A DNA stretch of 64,000 nt from Malacoraja senta (lineage: Eukaryota). Shown here piece after piece: positions 22,926-36,868 of the stretch. The notes below the pieces were generated by a model. It saw only the letters and a program-made list of their open reading frames with translations. It was not told where the DNA came from and made no database searches. Position 1 is the stretch's first letter. Each line of letters opens with the position of its first letter. A program made the translations under genes and the position numbers. The stretch lies in NCBI GenBank assembly GCA_038087875.1, contig CM075990.1, positions 18,044,001 to 18,108,000 of the forward strand, given 5' to 3'.

Positions 22926-25900
22926 AGACAATAGACAATAGACGCCAGAGTAGGCCATTCAGCTCTTCGAGCCAGCACCGCCATTCAATGTGATCATGGC
23001 TGATCATCCCCAATCAGGACCCCGTTCCTGCCTTCTCCCCATATCCCCTGACTCCGCTATCTTTAAGAGCCCTATCTAGCTCTCTCTTGAAAGCATCCAG
23101 AGAACCTGCCCCCACCGCCCTCAGAGGCGGAGAATTCCACAGATTCACCACTCTCTGTGAGAAAAAGTGTTTCCTCGTCTCCGATCTAAATGGCTTACCC
23201 CTTATTCTTAAACTATGGCCCCTGGTTCTGGACTCCCCCGACATCGGGAACATGTTTCCTGCCTCTAGCGTGTCCAAACCCTTAACAATCTTATATGTTT
23301 CAATGAGATTCCCTCTCATCCTTCTAAACTCCAGAGTGTACAAGCCCAGCCACTCCATTCTCTCAGCATATGACAGCCCCACCATCCCGGGAATTAAACT
23401 TGTAAACCTACGCTGGGCTCCCTCAATAGGAAGAATGTCCTTTCTCAAATTAGGGGACCAAAATGGCACACAATACTCCTGATGTGGTCTCACTATGGCT
23501 CTGTACAACTGCAGAATGACCTCTTTGCTCCTATATTCGATTCCTCTTGTTATAAAGGCCCACATGCCATTTGCTTTCTTCACTGCCTGCTGTACCTGCA
23601 TGCTTACTTTCATTGACTGATGTACAAGGACCCACAGATGCCGTTGTACTTCTCCTTTTCCCAACTTGACACCATTTAGATAATAATCTGCCTTCCTGTT
23701 TTTGCTACCAAAGTGGATAACCTCACATTTATCCGCATTAAACTTCATCTGCCATGCATCTGCCTACTCCCCCAACCTGTCCAAGTCACCCTGCATTCTC
23801 ATAACATCCTCCTCACAGTTCACACTGCCACCCAGCTTTGTGTCATCTGCAAATTTGCTAATGTTACTTTGAATCCCTTCATCCATATCATTGATGTATA
23901 TTGTAAATAGCTGCGGTCCCAGCACCGAGCCTTGCGGTACCCCACTAGTCACTGCCTGCCATTCTGAAAGGGACCCGTTAATCCCCAATCTCTGTTTCCT
24001 GTCTGCCAACCACTTCTCTATCCATGTCAGCACTCTACCCCCAATACCATGTGCCCTAATTTTGCCCACTAATCTCCTATGTGGGACCTTATCAAATGCT
24101 TTCTGAAAGTCCAGGTACACTACATCCACTGGCTCTCCCTTGTCCATTTTCCTAGTTACATCTTCAAAAAATTCCAGAAGATTAGTCAAGCATGATTTCC
24201 CCTTCGTAAATCCATGCTGACTCGGATCGATCCTGTTACTGCTATCCAAATGTTTGGCTATCTCATCTTTTATAATTGACTCCAGCATCTTCCCCACCAC
24301 CGATGTCAGGCTAACTGGTCTATAATTCCCTGTTTTCTCTCTCCTGCCTTTCTTAAAAAGCGGGATAACATTAGCTATCTTCCAATCCACAGGAACTGAT
24401 CCTGAGTCTGTAGAACATTGGAAAATTATCACCAATGCATCCACGATTTCTAGAGTCACTTCCGTAAGTACCCTGGAATGCAGACCATCAGGCCCTGGGG
24501 ATTTATCAGCCTTCAGTCCCATCAGTCTATCCTGCCTAATGTGGATTTCCTTCAGTTCCTCCGTCACCCCAGATCCTCTGGCCACTACTATATCAGGAAG
24601 ATTGTTTGTGTCCTCCTTAGTGAAGACAGATCCAAAGTACCTGTTCAACTCATCTGCCATTTCCTTGTTCCCCATAATAAATTCACCTTTTTCAGTCTTC
24701 AACTTTGGTCTTAACTAATTTTTTCCTCTTCACATACCTAAAGAAGCTTTTACTATCCTGCTTTATATTCTTGGCTAGCTTACCTTCGTACCTCATCTTT
24801 TCTCCCCGTGTTGTCTTTTTAGTTATCTTCTTTAAAAATATATATATATATTTTTATTAGAGGCAGGTACAGATCATATTGAAAACATTTCATGTACATC
24901 ATTTCTACATTACTAATATTATCGATCGATATTCGCGCTGCCTCTAATAGTTTTTTAGTTTTTTTTATATAGATAGAAAATAAGAGAAGAGCAGAAAAAG
25001 AAAAAAAGGGATAATAAAGAAGAATGGAATAACTTACTAAAAGTACCACATTGGAGATATATTCGTACATTTTAAAATATAACTTTTCATCTAATCCTTA
25101 ATTCGAGTTTCAGTCAGGTTCTCGTGTCGAACCAGTCTGTCCCCTCAAGTAGTCAATAAATGGAGACCATGTTCTGATAAATAGTTCTTGTTTGTCCATT
25201 AGGACAAGTCTAATTCTTTCCAAATCTAAGGTCTCCGACATTTCCATAATCCACATTTTAATTGTGGGGGTTATAGGACCTTTCCAACATTTTAATATTA
25301 ATTTTTTTCCAGTTATTATACTATAATCGATAAAGTTTCTTTGAGTTCTTGTAAGTGTTTGACTTTGTTCTAATATTCCTAGTATTATTAATTTTGAATC
25401 AGGATCCAATTGAGTGTTGACAACTATAGATATTATTTTTAAAATGTCTGCCCAAAATGTTTTGATTTTTATACAATTCGCGAATGTATGTTAGGTTAGC
25501 ATCTAAATGTTGACATTTATCACAAATAGGGGAGATATGTGGGAAGATTCTGTTTAGTTTTGTTTTAGAATAATGTAATCTATGTAGTACTTTGAATTGT
25601 ATTAGAGAGTGTCTGGCATTTAATGAACATTGATGTATGTGTTGTAAACTTTCATCCCAAGTATCTTTCGTTATTGTTTGGTTTAGTTCATTTTCCCATG
25701 TTTGCCTATATATATCCGTCGATGGTATCTCACTATCTAATAAAGTGTTATATATATGAGATATTAATTTTTCTGTATTAGGGTGTTTATTCAAACAGTC
25801 ATCAAGGATTTTTAGTTATCTTCTGTTGTTCTTTAAACATTACCCAATCCGCTTGCTTCCCACTCATCTTTGCTACGTTGTACTTCTTCGCTTTAATTTT

Positions 25901-26260
25901 TATACTATCCCTGACGTCCCTTGTCAGCCATGGTCGTCCCTTTCTCCCCTTGGAATCTTTCATCCTCCTAGGAATGAACTGATCCTGCACGTTCTCTATT
26001 ATTCCTAGAAACACCTGCCATTGTTGTTCCACTGTCATCCCTGCTAGTGTATCTTTCCAGTCAACTTTGGCCAGCTCCTCCCTCATGGCCCCATAGTCCC
26101 CTTTATTCAACTGTAACACTGACACCTCCGATCTACTCTTCTCCCTCTCCAATTGTAGATTAAACCTGACCATGTTATGGTCACTGCCTCCTAATGGATC
26201 ATTAACCTCAGGTCCTTTATCAAATCCGGTTCATTACATAACACTAAATCCAGAATTGCC
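22926..26260 (-). mobile_element. CR1 LINE (paralogue of 14583-17172) interrupted by L1
   Basis: ORFs 23014..23748, 23764..24702, 25802..26173. Confidence 0.92.
24832..25808 (-). mobile_element. 5'-truncated fish-type L1 with 16-bp TSD tttttagttatcttct
   Basis: QFKVLHRLHYSKTKL, CDKC, KKLILKCWKGPITPTIKMWI; TSD 24816-24831 and 25809-25824; empty site near 16452. Confidence 0.9.
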
Positions 26261-26502
26261 ACACTGCAAACGGTTGTTGGTGGTGGTAACTGCTTTGAAA
26301 TGAAGTGGTAGGTAACTGCACTTGAATTCGGTGGCCTTGCACCCTGCTTGAAATGGCATGAAACTGCATTTGAATTCGGTGGCCTTGCACCCTGCTTGAA
26401 ATGGAATTTGAAGGGATAGCCATGAGTCAACTGCTCGACCACCAGCCGTGAGTGAGCTGCCAGCACATCAGGCTTGAGTGACTGAGCTGCCACCCCAAGA
26501 AT

Positions 26503-26824
26503 TCATTTGGCCCACAGCGGAGGGTGATGGCTAGGCGCAGGCCTGGTTCCTGTGGCTCTCATATAGGTGTCTTTTGTTTCAGCAGAGGGCCCATGTTTGT
26601 CATTAAACAGGTCAGGGGGTATTCTTGTAACGTTTTTAAAAGCAGACAAATCCTCCTCATGCAGCACATTTATCAGGTTCTCATACTGTCCAAGCCTGAA
26701 TCTTCTTTGCAAGAGGGGCTTCATCCACTGAGACCTCTTCTTGTGCTTCCTCTTCACCCTTGTTCTTGCCCATCAGCCGTTACGCTGCAGAAGCAAAAGT
26801 CCTGCTGCAAGTGGGACAGCCCCT
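26503..26824 (-). mobile_element. PIF/Harbinger remnant: TIR end and transposase N-terminus
   Basis: WMKPLLQRR..LGQYENL...ED...FKNVTRIPP.LF...KDTYMR; terminus ggggctgtcccactt; similar end at 28640-28655. Confidence 0.7.
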
Positions 26825-27319
26825 TTAGTCAGCCACATTCGCCTCATTCTTCCCTCAGAATCTTTCTTCCTCTTTGGGATGAAAAGATCCTGCAACTTCT
26901 AAATTATTCTCAGAAACTTCTGCCATTGCTGTTCCACAATCATTCTTGCTTGGATCGCTTTGTACTCAACAATAGCCACCTCCTTACTTATGCCTCTACA
27001 GTTACCTTGACTCTACAGTAATGCCATCACATCTGATATCATCTTCTCAAACTGCAGGTTGAATTTTTTTCATATTATGTCACAAATTCCTAGGGGTTCC
27101 TTTACCTTAAGCTCCCTAATCAAATCCAGTTCTTGCACAACACCGAATCCAGAATTGCCTTTTCCCTGGTAGGCTCAACCACAAGCCGCTCTAAGAAGCC
27201 ATCTCGCAGGCACACTACAAATTCCATCTCTTGGGATCCAGTACCAGCCTGATTTTCCCAGTCTACCTGCATATTGAAATTCCCTGTAACATGGCCTTTC
27301 TTACATGCTGATTGTAAAT

Positions 27320-28468
27320 TAAATCACACGGTATTGGGGGTTCAGTATTGATGTGGATAGAGAACTGGCTGGCAAACAGGAAGCAAAGAGTAGGAGTAAA
27401 CGGGTCCTTTTCACAATGGCAGGCAGTGACTAGTGGGGTACCGCAAGGCTCAGTCCTGGGACCCCAGCTATTTACAATTTATATTAATGATCTGGACGAG
27501 GGAATTGAAAGCAACATCTCCAAGTTTGCGGATGACACTAAGCTGGGGGGCAGTGTTAGCTGTGAGGAGGATGCTAGGAGACTGCAAGGTGACTTGGATA
27601 GGCTGGGTGAGTGGGCAAATGTTTGGCAGATGCAGTATAATGTGGATAAATGTGAGGTTATCCACTTTGGTGGCAAAAACGGGAAGGCAGACTATTATCT
27701 AAATGGTGGCCGATTAGGAAATGGGGAGATGCAGCGAGACCTGGGTGTCATGGTACACCAGTCATTGAAAGTAGGCATGCAGGTGCAGCAGGCAGTGAAG
27801 AAAGCGAATGGTATGTTGGCCTTCATACCAAGAGGATTTGAGTATAGGAGCAGGGTGGTTCTACTGCAGTTGTACAGGGTCTTGGTGAGACCACACCTGG
27901 AGTATTGCGTACAGTTTTGGTCTCCAAATCTGAGGAAGGACATTATAGCCATAGAGGGAGTGCAAAGAAGGTTCACCAGACTGATTCCTGGGATGTCAGG
28001 ACTTTCATATGAAGAAAGACTGGATAGACTTGGCTTATACTCGCTAGAATTTAGGAGATTGAGAGGGGATCTTATAGAAACGTACAAAATTCTTATGGGG
28101 TTGGACAGGCTAGATGCAGGAAGATTGTTCCCGATGTTGGGGAAGTGCAGGACAAGGGGTCACAGCTTAAGGATAAGGGGGAAATCCTTTAAGACCAAGA
28201 TGAGGAAAAACTTTTTCACACAGAGAGTGGTGAATCTCTGGAACTCTCTGCCACAGAGGGTAGTTGAGGCCAGTTCATTGGCTATATTTAAGAGGGAGTT
28301 AGATGTGGCCCTTGTGGCTAAAGGGATCAGGGGGTATGGAGAGAAGGCAGGTACGGGATACTGAGTTGGATGATCAGCCATGATCATATTGAATGGCGGT
28401 GCAGGCTCGAAGGGCCGAATGGCCTACTCCTGCACCTATTTTCTATCTATCTATGTATCTATGTATCT
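27320..28468 (+). mobile_element. 5'-truncated CR1 LINE
   Basis: ORF 27348..28364, near-identical to the 9.65-10.78 kb part of the CR1 upstream. Confidence 0.95.
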
Positions 28469-29906
28469 CCTGCTGTAATTTGTACTCTTCATCCTGACTC
28501 GTGAGCGTCACATCAGTGGTACGGAAGGTATTGAAGAGGATTCTTCAAGATAGGATTTACTCCCATTTGGAAGAAAATGGGCTAATTAGGGATAGCTAGC
28601 ATGGCTTTGTACATGGCTGGTCGTCTTATTAACTTGTTTGAGTGGGACAGGCCCTTAAGAGAGCAAAAGAGCCGAGAGACCATCTCTGCTCATACTATAA
28701 CTCAGCACTGGGCAGTGTGCCGTGGCAGAACTAAGTCATTTGAGGGACAGCAGACAACAGGTACACCAATGCATGAGGAGAACCCACATGCAGACAAGAT
28801 CAGTGAATGTTATGTTTACTTTAAATCCTGCTGACTATGTTTGATTTCAGTTTGTGTGGATTTTTATTTTCATTTTTGTGTCAAGAATTTCATTGCAGAT
28901 GTCTGTTCATAAAGTAGTATTTATCATGCAGCTGCTGGTCTGATTAGTGTAGGTAGATCTGCAAACATAGCCCTTGAATTCATTGCCTTGTCTGTTTTAT
29001 TGTCAGAATGTAGGCTGGTGCTTCATTTGTCAGCTGAATGATAAGAAATACTGGAAAAACGTCTCTGTGTTTCATTTGCTAATTGACATGTACGGTAAGC
29101 CCTATTGCAAACCACCGTTGTTCGCTGTGGTGCTCCATTTATCAAGATGTGTAAAAATGGCCTTTATTTATTGAACAAGATGAATAAAGACTGTTTCACA
29201 TTCACAGTGCGGTTTGTCTTATTTTCTGAGGTTAAATTATTTTACATTTAAAAGGCACAGCAAATGATTGTGAGATGTAAGATGTGAGTAGATCGCATCC
29301 TCTATTTGGTGTTTCATGATGAAGGAAATAGTACATTAAAGTCATGATACTATGGAATTATATTAAAATGAACAAACAGTGAGAATCAAATGGATTCTTA
29401 AGGTGTTTAACTATCACCCACTACAAAATGTGGGAGTTTGCAAATAAAATGAAAACAATCTCAAACAGGGAATAAACACCATTAACATACAAATAAGAAT
29501 CTACATCAAAAGATAAACTTTACTACAGACCCATGTCTCTGAGCCTCTCTCTCTCTCCCTTCATCCACAGCTCTTTTTGTTTCACGGAGACAGCCATCTC
29601 CATATCCAGAAGCCAATGCTGTTAAGGCTGTTACAGCAGGTGCAGATGTGTGAAAGTGAGTAGGGTTCTCTGGAAAAGAATTAGGAAGTACATGTTAAAA
29701 GCTTTTTAGCAGACCATAAAAAGGTGCAGTTGGGTTATTCCAGATTTTACTGTGAACTTTATGAAAATGTATTATCTTTTAGGGCAAATCATGGACTATT
29801 CTTGCATCACATCACTCAAGGAAGATAATTAGTTTAATGGCCTTATGCGGTTGTGAATGAAAATTATTTAAACTACAATCTAACACATAATAATATGCTT
29901 TGAATT

Positions 29907-30737
29907 GTATAATGTGGATAAATGTGAGGTTATCCACTTTGGTGGCAAAAACAGGAAAGTAGACTATTATCTGAATGGTGGCCGATTAGGAAAAGGGGAG
30001 ATGCAATGAGACCTGGGTGTCATGGTACACCAGTCATTGAAAGTGGGCCTGCAGGTGCAGCAGGCAGTGAAGAAAGCGAATGGTATGTTAGCATTCATAG
30101 CAAAAGGATTTGAGTATAGGAGCAGGGAGGTTCTACTGCAGTTGTACAGGGTCTTGGTGAGACCACACCTGGAGTATTGCGTACAGTTTTGGTCTCCTAA
30201 TCTGAGGAAAGACATTCTTGCCATAGAGGGAGTACAGAGAAGGTTCACCAGACTGATTCTTGGATGGCAGGACTTTCATATGAAGAAAGACTGGATAGAC
30301 TTGGCTTGTACTCGCTATAATTTAGAAGATTGAGGGGGATCTTATAGAAACTTACAAAATTCTTAAGGGGTTGGACAGGCTAGATGCAGCAAGATTGTTC
30401 CCGATGTTGGGGAAGTCCAGAACAAGGAGTCACAGTTTAAGGATAAGGGGGAAATCTTTTAGGACCGAGATGAGAAAAACATTTTTCACACAGAGAGTGG
30501 TGAATCTCTGGAATTCTCTGCCACAGAAGGTATTTGAGGCCAGTTCATTGGCTATATTTAAGAGGGAGTTAGATGTGCCCTTGTGGCTAAAGGTATCAGG
30601 GGGTATGGAGAGAAGGCAGGTACAGGATACTGAGTTGGATGATCAGCCATGATCATATCAAATGGCGGTGCAGGCTCGAAGGGCCGAATGGCCTACTCCT
30701 GCACCTATTTTCTATGTTTCTATGTTTCTATGTTTCT
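29907..30737 (+). mobile_element. CR1 3' fragment (copies at ~33797-34632 and ~37655-38488)
   Basis: YNVDKCEVIHFG...GYGEKAGTGY, (TTCTATGT)n tail. Confidence 0.92.
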
Positions 30738-32973
30738 AACATCTCCAGAGGGCTCAACGGTGATACCTGGCGTCCCAGTTACACCCCCCTCAATTCCGTA
30801 CCCTCCTGTATTCATCTTGCAGCCCAATTGTTGTCTCTCCTTTGATCCAAATCCAATTGCTGATTTTTTCTGCAGAATTTGATAATGATTTGATTGCTTG
30901 TTGGAGGGAGCGACCCCTCACCCCCATTTTCTTTAATAGCCTGGTCATAGATGTAGCAACAAATCCCCTGCATCCCACCTCGACAGGGAAAATCTTGGTC
31001 TTCCAGCCATTCTGGGAAGCTTCAGCTGCCAGTTCAGAGTACTAGGTCTTTTTACTCTCATAAGCTTCTTCAACACCATCTTCCCATGGAACTGTCAATT
31101 CCACAACGTATGCCAACTTGGCTGTTGTGGACCACAGGACCATGTCTGGCCGAAGTGTTGTAGCCACAATGTCTGGGGGAAACACACGCCTTTTTCCTAA
31201 GTCCACTTCCATTTTCCAATCCCAAGCAGGCTGCAGAATGCTTGCATCCATTGATGTTATCTGGTGCTCTGGATGTTGGCCTGCTGGTACAAATGTTGTG
31301 AAATGGACATTTCCTGCCGATGTTGGTGGGGAAGCATTTGTGATCGTTCGCCTCTGTTCAAGGATTGATGCCAGCTGTTTGAGAACTTGGTTATGCCGCC
31401 AAGTAACGTCCTTGGCCGAGGCTCATAGTGCATCCTGTTAAAATGTGCCTTAGTGATGCAGGTGCTTGGCAAAGGGAGCAAGTGGGGTCTTCTCCGAACC
31501 ACTGCTTCAGGTTCTGGGGTGAGGGTAGAACATAAGTCGCTCTGATGACAAAACTGAGCCGAGATCCTTCCATTTGCCAGATGTCACGCCAGCTGAGTTT
31601 CCTCTTTTCCAGGCTCTTCCAGTTAGTCCATTGGTCCTGCTTGGCCATTGAGACGGCCTTGGCATGTCGCTCTGCCTCCTCCCGTCTTCTCACCTCCTCC
31701 ACCACAAGCCGTCTCTTCTGCACTGATGTTGCCTTGTGCCATTGAGGAGCTTTTGGGACGAGCCCGAGCCCGGCTTCTCCCGTGTTGGTCTTGACCAACC
31801 ACATCCCGGAAATGAAGAGCAGACTTAGCACTCTGAACGGCTTCAGATGGGGCCCACTTCCTCCCCGTTGCCACACTGGGGGCCGCTGTTCGAATAACAG
31901 TATCTTCAGATTCAGTGAGGGTCATGACCAACCTTGCTTTAGTGCATTTGAACTCTTCCACAAGTCCTGCAATGGGTAATTCCAATTTGCCACTCCCATA
32001 CAGTCCGACAGCACTTAAGCATCGTGGAAGTCCAAGCCACTGTTTCACATGTGTGCTGATCATTCTTTCCAGCTTTTCCACTTTGTTGATGGGGATTTCA
32101 TACATAGTTAAAGGCCACATGATTCTTGGTAGTATGCCAAATTGAAGCACCACAGCTTGAGTTTTCCTGGTAGCAAGGTCTTGTTGATGCGAGCTACGTG
32201 CATGATGGTATCCTTTTTCAGTTGTTCAAACTGCTCGGTGTCCTTGAGCTTTGCATCATACCATCGGCCCAAACTCTTCACTGGCATTTCTGAAACAGTT
32301 GGAACAGGTATTCCGTCAATATGACTATCTTTGATCCTTGACTTGACCTTTGACAATGGAGATGCTTCTGCACTTACTGGGTTTAAACTTCATCCTTGCC
32401 CATGTGATGTTTTGATGAAGTTTTTCCAGATGTCTCTTGGTGCAGGGGATAGTTGTTGTTAGTGTTGTTATATCATCCATAAAGGCTCGTACCGGTGGCA
32501 ATCGCTGACCACACTGTAGCCGTTTTCCTCCCACAACCCATTTTGATGCTCTGACAATGAGCTCCATTGCCATAGTGAAGGTCAATGGGGAGATGGTGCA
32601 CCCCGCCATGATGCCTACTTCCAGTGCTTGCCACGCTGTGGTGAAGTCTGATGTTGTGAGACAAAATTGCAGATCCTGGAAGTCGTTTTTACCAGATTTG
32701 TTATTGTTGCAGGCACATGAAAGAATTCAGAAGCAGTCTACAGTAGTGAATGAGGAACTGATCCATAGGTGTTGGCCAGATCGTGGAACAAGACATGCAG
32801 ATTCTTTCGTTCTTTCTTATCAGTCTGGATTTGATGCCATATGATGCTTGTATGTTCAAGGCATCCCGAGAAGCCTGCTATGCCAGCCTTTTGGATTGAC
32901 GTATCAGTGAAATGGTTTTGTTTCAGATACTTTAAATCTTTTCGCCACCACACTGACAAAGATCTTGCCCTCT
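30738..32973 (-). mobile_element. HERO-like non-LTR retrotransposon (RT + zinc knuckle + restriction-like endonuclease), decayed
   Basis: GIMAGCTISP, AFMDD, CSLCQAPASLRHILTGC, RPDMVLWS...VELTVPWE. Confidence 0.85.
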
Positions 32974-33042
32974 ATAATAATAATGGATGGGATTTATATA
33001 GCGCCTTCTAATACTCAAGGCGCTTTACATCGCATTATTCAT
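32974..33042 (-). mobile_element. L2-like LINE/SINE 3' tail (copy at ~36869-36937)
   Basis: Minus strand gtaaagcgccttgagtattagaaggcgctatataaat...(att)n. Confidence 0.6.
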
Positions 33043-34632
33043 TAAAAATGGCCTTTATTTATTGAACAAGATGAATAAAGACTGTTTCACATTCACAGTG
33101 TGGTTTGTCTTATTTTCTGAGGTTAAATTATTTTACATTTAAAAGGCACAGCAAATGATTGTGAGATGTAAGATGTGAGTAGATCGCATCCTCTATTTGG
33201 TGTTTCATGATGAAGGGAAATAGTACATTAAAGTCATGATACTATGGAATTATATTAAAATGAACAAACGGTGAGAATCAAATGGATTCTTAAGGTGTTT
33301 AACTGTCACCCACTACAAAATGTGGGAGTTTGCAAATAAAACGAAAACAATCTCAAACAGGGAAAAAACACCATTAACATACAAATAAGAGTCTACATCA
33401 AAAGATAAACTTTACTACAGACCCATGTCTCTGAGCCTCTCTCTCTCCCTTCATCCCACAGCTGTTTTTGTTTCACGGAGACAGCCATCTCCATATTCAG
33501 ATGCCAATGCTGTTAAGGCTGTTACAGCAGGTGCAGATGTGTGAAAGTGAGTAGGGTTCTCTGGAAAAGAATTAGGAAGTACATGTTAAAAGCTTTTTAG
33601 CAGACCATAAAAAGGTGCAGTTGGGTTATTCCAGATTTTAATGTGAACTTTATGAAAATGTATTATCTTTTAGGGCAAATCATGGACTATTCTTGCATCA
33701 CATCACTCAAGGAAGATAATTAGTTTAATGGCCTTATGCGGATGTGAATGAAAATTATTTAAACTACAATCTAACACAAAATAATATGCTTTGAATTGTA
33801 TAATGTGGATAAATGTGAGGTTATCCACTTTGGTGGCAAAAACAGGAAAGTAGACTGTTATCTGAATGGTGGCCGCTTAGGAAAAGGGGAGATGCAACGA
33901 GACCTGGGTGTCATGGTACACCAGTCATTGAAAGTAGGCATGCAGGTGCAACAGGCAGTGAAGAAAACGAATGGTATGTTAGCATTCATAGCAAAAGTAT
34001 TTGAGTATAGGAGCAGGGAGGTTCTACTGCAGTTGTACAGGGTCTTGGTGAGACCACACCTGGAGTATTGCGTACAGTTTTGGTCTCCTAATCTGAGGAA
34101 AGACATTCTTGCCATAGAGGGAGTACAGAGAAGGTTCACCAGACTGATTCTTGGGATGGCAGGACTTTCATATGAAGAAAGACTGGATAGACTTGGCTTG
34201 TACTCGCTATAATTTAGAAGATTGAGGGGGATCTTATAGAAACTTACAAAATTCTTAAGGGGTTGGACAGGCTAGATGCAGCAAGATTGTTCCCGATGTT
34301 GGGGAAGTCCAGAACAAAGGAGTCACAGTTTAAGGATAAGGGGGAAATCTTTTTAGGACCGAGATGAGAAAAACATTTTTCACACAGAGAGTGGTGAATC
34401 TCTGGAATTCTCTGCCACAGAAGGTATTTGAGGCCAGTTCATTGGCTATATTTAAGAGGGAGTTAGATGTGGCCCTTGTGGCTAAAGGTATCAGGGGGTA
34501 TGGAGAGAAGTCAGGTACAGGATACTGAGTTGGATGATCAGCCATGATCATATCAAATGGCGGTGCAGGCTCGAAGGGCCGAATGGCCTACGCCTGCACC
34601 TATTTTCTATGTTTCTATGTTTCTATGTTTCT

Positions 34633-36868
34633 AACATCTCCAGAGGGCTCAACGGTGATACCTGGCATCCCAGTTACACCCCCTCAATTCCGTACCCTCC
34701 TGTCTTCATCTTGCAGCCCAATTGTTTTCTCTCCTTTTGATCCAAATCCAATTGCTGATTTTTTCTGCAGAATTTGATAATGATTTGATTGCTTGTTGGA
34801 GGGAGCGACCCCTCACCCCCATTTTCTTTAATAGCCTGGTCATAGATGTAGCAACAAATCCCCTGCATCCCACCTCGACAGGGAAAATCTTGGTCTTCCA
34901 GCCATTCTGGGAAGCTTCAGCTGCCAGTTCAGAGTACTAGGTCTTTTTACTCTCATAAGCTTCTTCAACACCATCTTCCCATGGAACTGTCAATTCCACA
35001 ACGTATGCCAACTTGGCTGTTGTGGACCACAGGACCATGTCTGGCCGAAGTGTTGTAGCCACAATGTCTGGGGGAAACACACGCCTTTTTTCTAAGTCCA
35101 CTTCCATTTTCCAATCCCAAGCAGGCTGCAGAATGCTTGCATCCATTGATGTTATCTGGTGCTCTGGATGTTGGCCTGCTGGTACAAATGTTGTGAAATG
35201 GACATTTCCTGCCGATGTTGGTGGGGAAGCATTTGTGATCGTTCGCCTCTGTTCAAGGATTGATGCCAGCTGTTTGAGAACTTGGTTATGCCGCCAAGTA
35301 ATGTCCTTGGCCGAGGCTCATAGTGCATCCTGTTAAAATGTGCCTTAGTGATGCAGGTGCTTGGCAAAGGGAGCAAGTGGGGTCTTCTCCGAACCACTGC
35401 TTCAGGTTCTGGGGTGAGGGTAAAACATAAGTGGCTCTGATGACAAAACTGAGCCGAGATCCTTCCATTTGCCAGATGTCACGCCAGCTGAGTTTCCACT
35501 TTTCCAGGCTCTTCCAGTTAGTCCATTGGCCCTGCTTGGCCATTGAGACGGCCTTGGCGTGTCGCTCTGCCTCCTCCCGTCTTCTCACCTCCTCCACCAC
35601 AAGCCGTCTCTTCTGCACTGATGTTGCCTTGTGTCATTGAGGAGCTTTTGGGACGAGCCCGAGCCCGGCTCTCCCGTGTTGGTCTTGACCAACCACATCC
35701 CGGAAATGAAGAGCAGACTTAGCACTCTGAACGGCTTCAGATGGGGCCCACTTCCTCCCCGTTGCCACACTGGGGGCCGCTGTTCGAATAACAGTATCTT
35801 CAGATTCAGTGAGGGTCATGACCAACCTTGCTTTAGTGCATTTGAACTCTTCCACAAGTCCTGCAATGGGTAATTCCAATTTGCCACTCCCGTACAGTCC
35901 GACAGCACTTAAGCATCGTGGAAGTCCAAGCCACTGTTTCACATGTGTGCTGAGCATTCTTTCCAGCTTTTCCACTTTGTTGATGGGGATTTCATACATA
36001 GTTAAAGGCCACATGATTCTTGGTAGTATGCCAAATTGGAAGCACCACAGCTTGAGTTTTCCTGGTAGCAAGGTCTTGTTGATGCGAGCTATGTGCATGA
36101 TGGTATCCTTTTTCAGTTGTTCAAACTGCTCGGTGTCCTTGAGCTTTGCATCATACCATCGGCCCAAACTCTTCACTGGCATTTCTGAAACAGTTGGAAC
36201 AGGTATTCCGTCAATATGATATCTTTGATCCTTGACTTGACCTTTCACAATGGAGATGCTTCTGCACTTACTGGGTTTAAACTTCATCCTTGCCCATGTG
36301 ATGTTTTGATGAAGTTTATCGAGATGTCTCTTGGTGCAGGGGATAGTTGTTGTTAGTGTTGTTATATCATCCATAAAGGCTCGTACCGGTGGCAATCGCT
36401 GACCACACTGTAGCCGTTTTCCTCCCACAACCCATTTTGATGCTCTGACAATGAGCTCCATTGCCATAGTGAAGGTCAATGGGGAGATGGTGCACCCCGC
36501 CATGATGCCTACTTCCAGTGCTTGCCACGCTGTGGTGAAGTCTGATGTTGTGAGACAAAATTGCAGATCCTGGAAGTCGTTTTTTACCAGATTTGTTATT
36601 ATTGCAAGCACATGAAAGAATTCAGAAGCAGTCTACAGTAGCGAATGAGGAACTGATCCATAGGTGTTGGCCAGATCGTGGAACAAGACATGCAGATTCT
36701 TTCGTTCTTTCTTATCAGTCTGGATTTGATGCCATATGATGCTTGTATGTTCAAGGCATCCCGAGAAGCCTGCTATGCCAGCCTTTTGGATTGACGTATA
36801 AGTGAAATGGTTTTGTTTCAGATACTTTAAATCTTTTCGCCACCACACTGACAAAGATCTTGCCCTCT
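34633..36868 (-). mobile_element. HERO-like element, copy 2
   Basis: ORFs 35634..36611, 35286..35618, 34937..35146. Confidence 0.85.
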
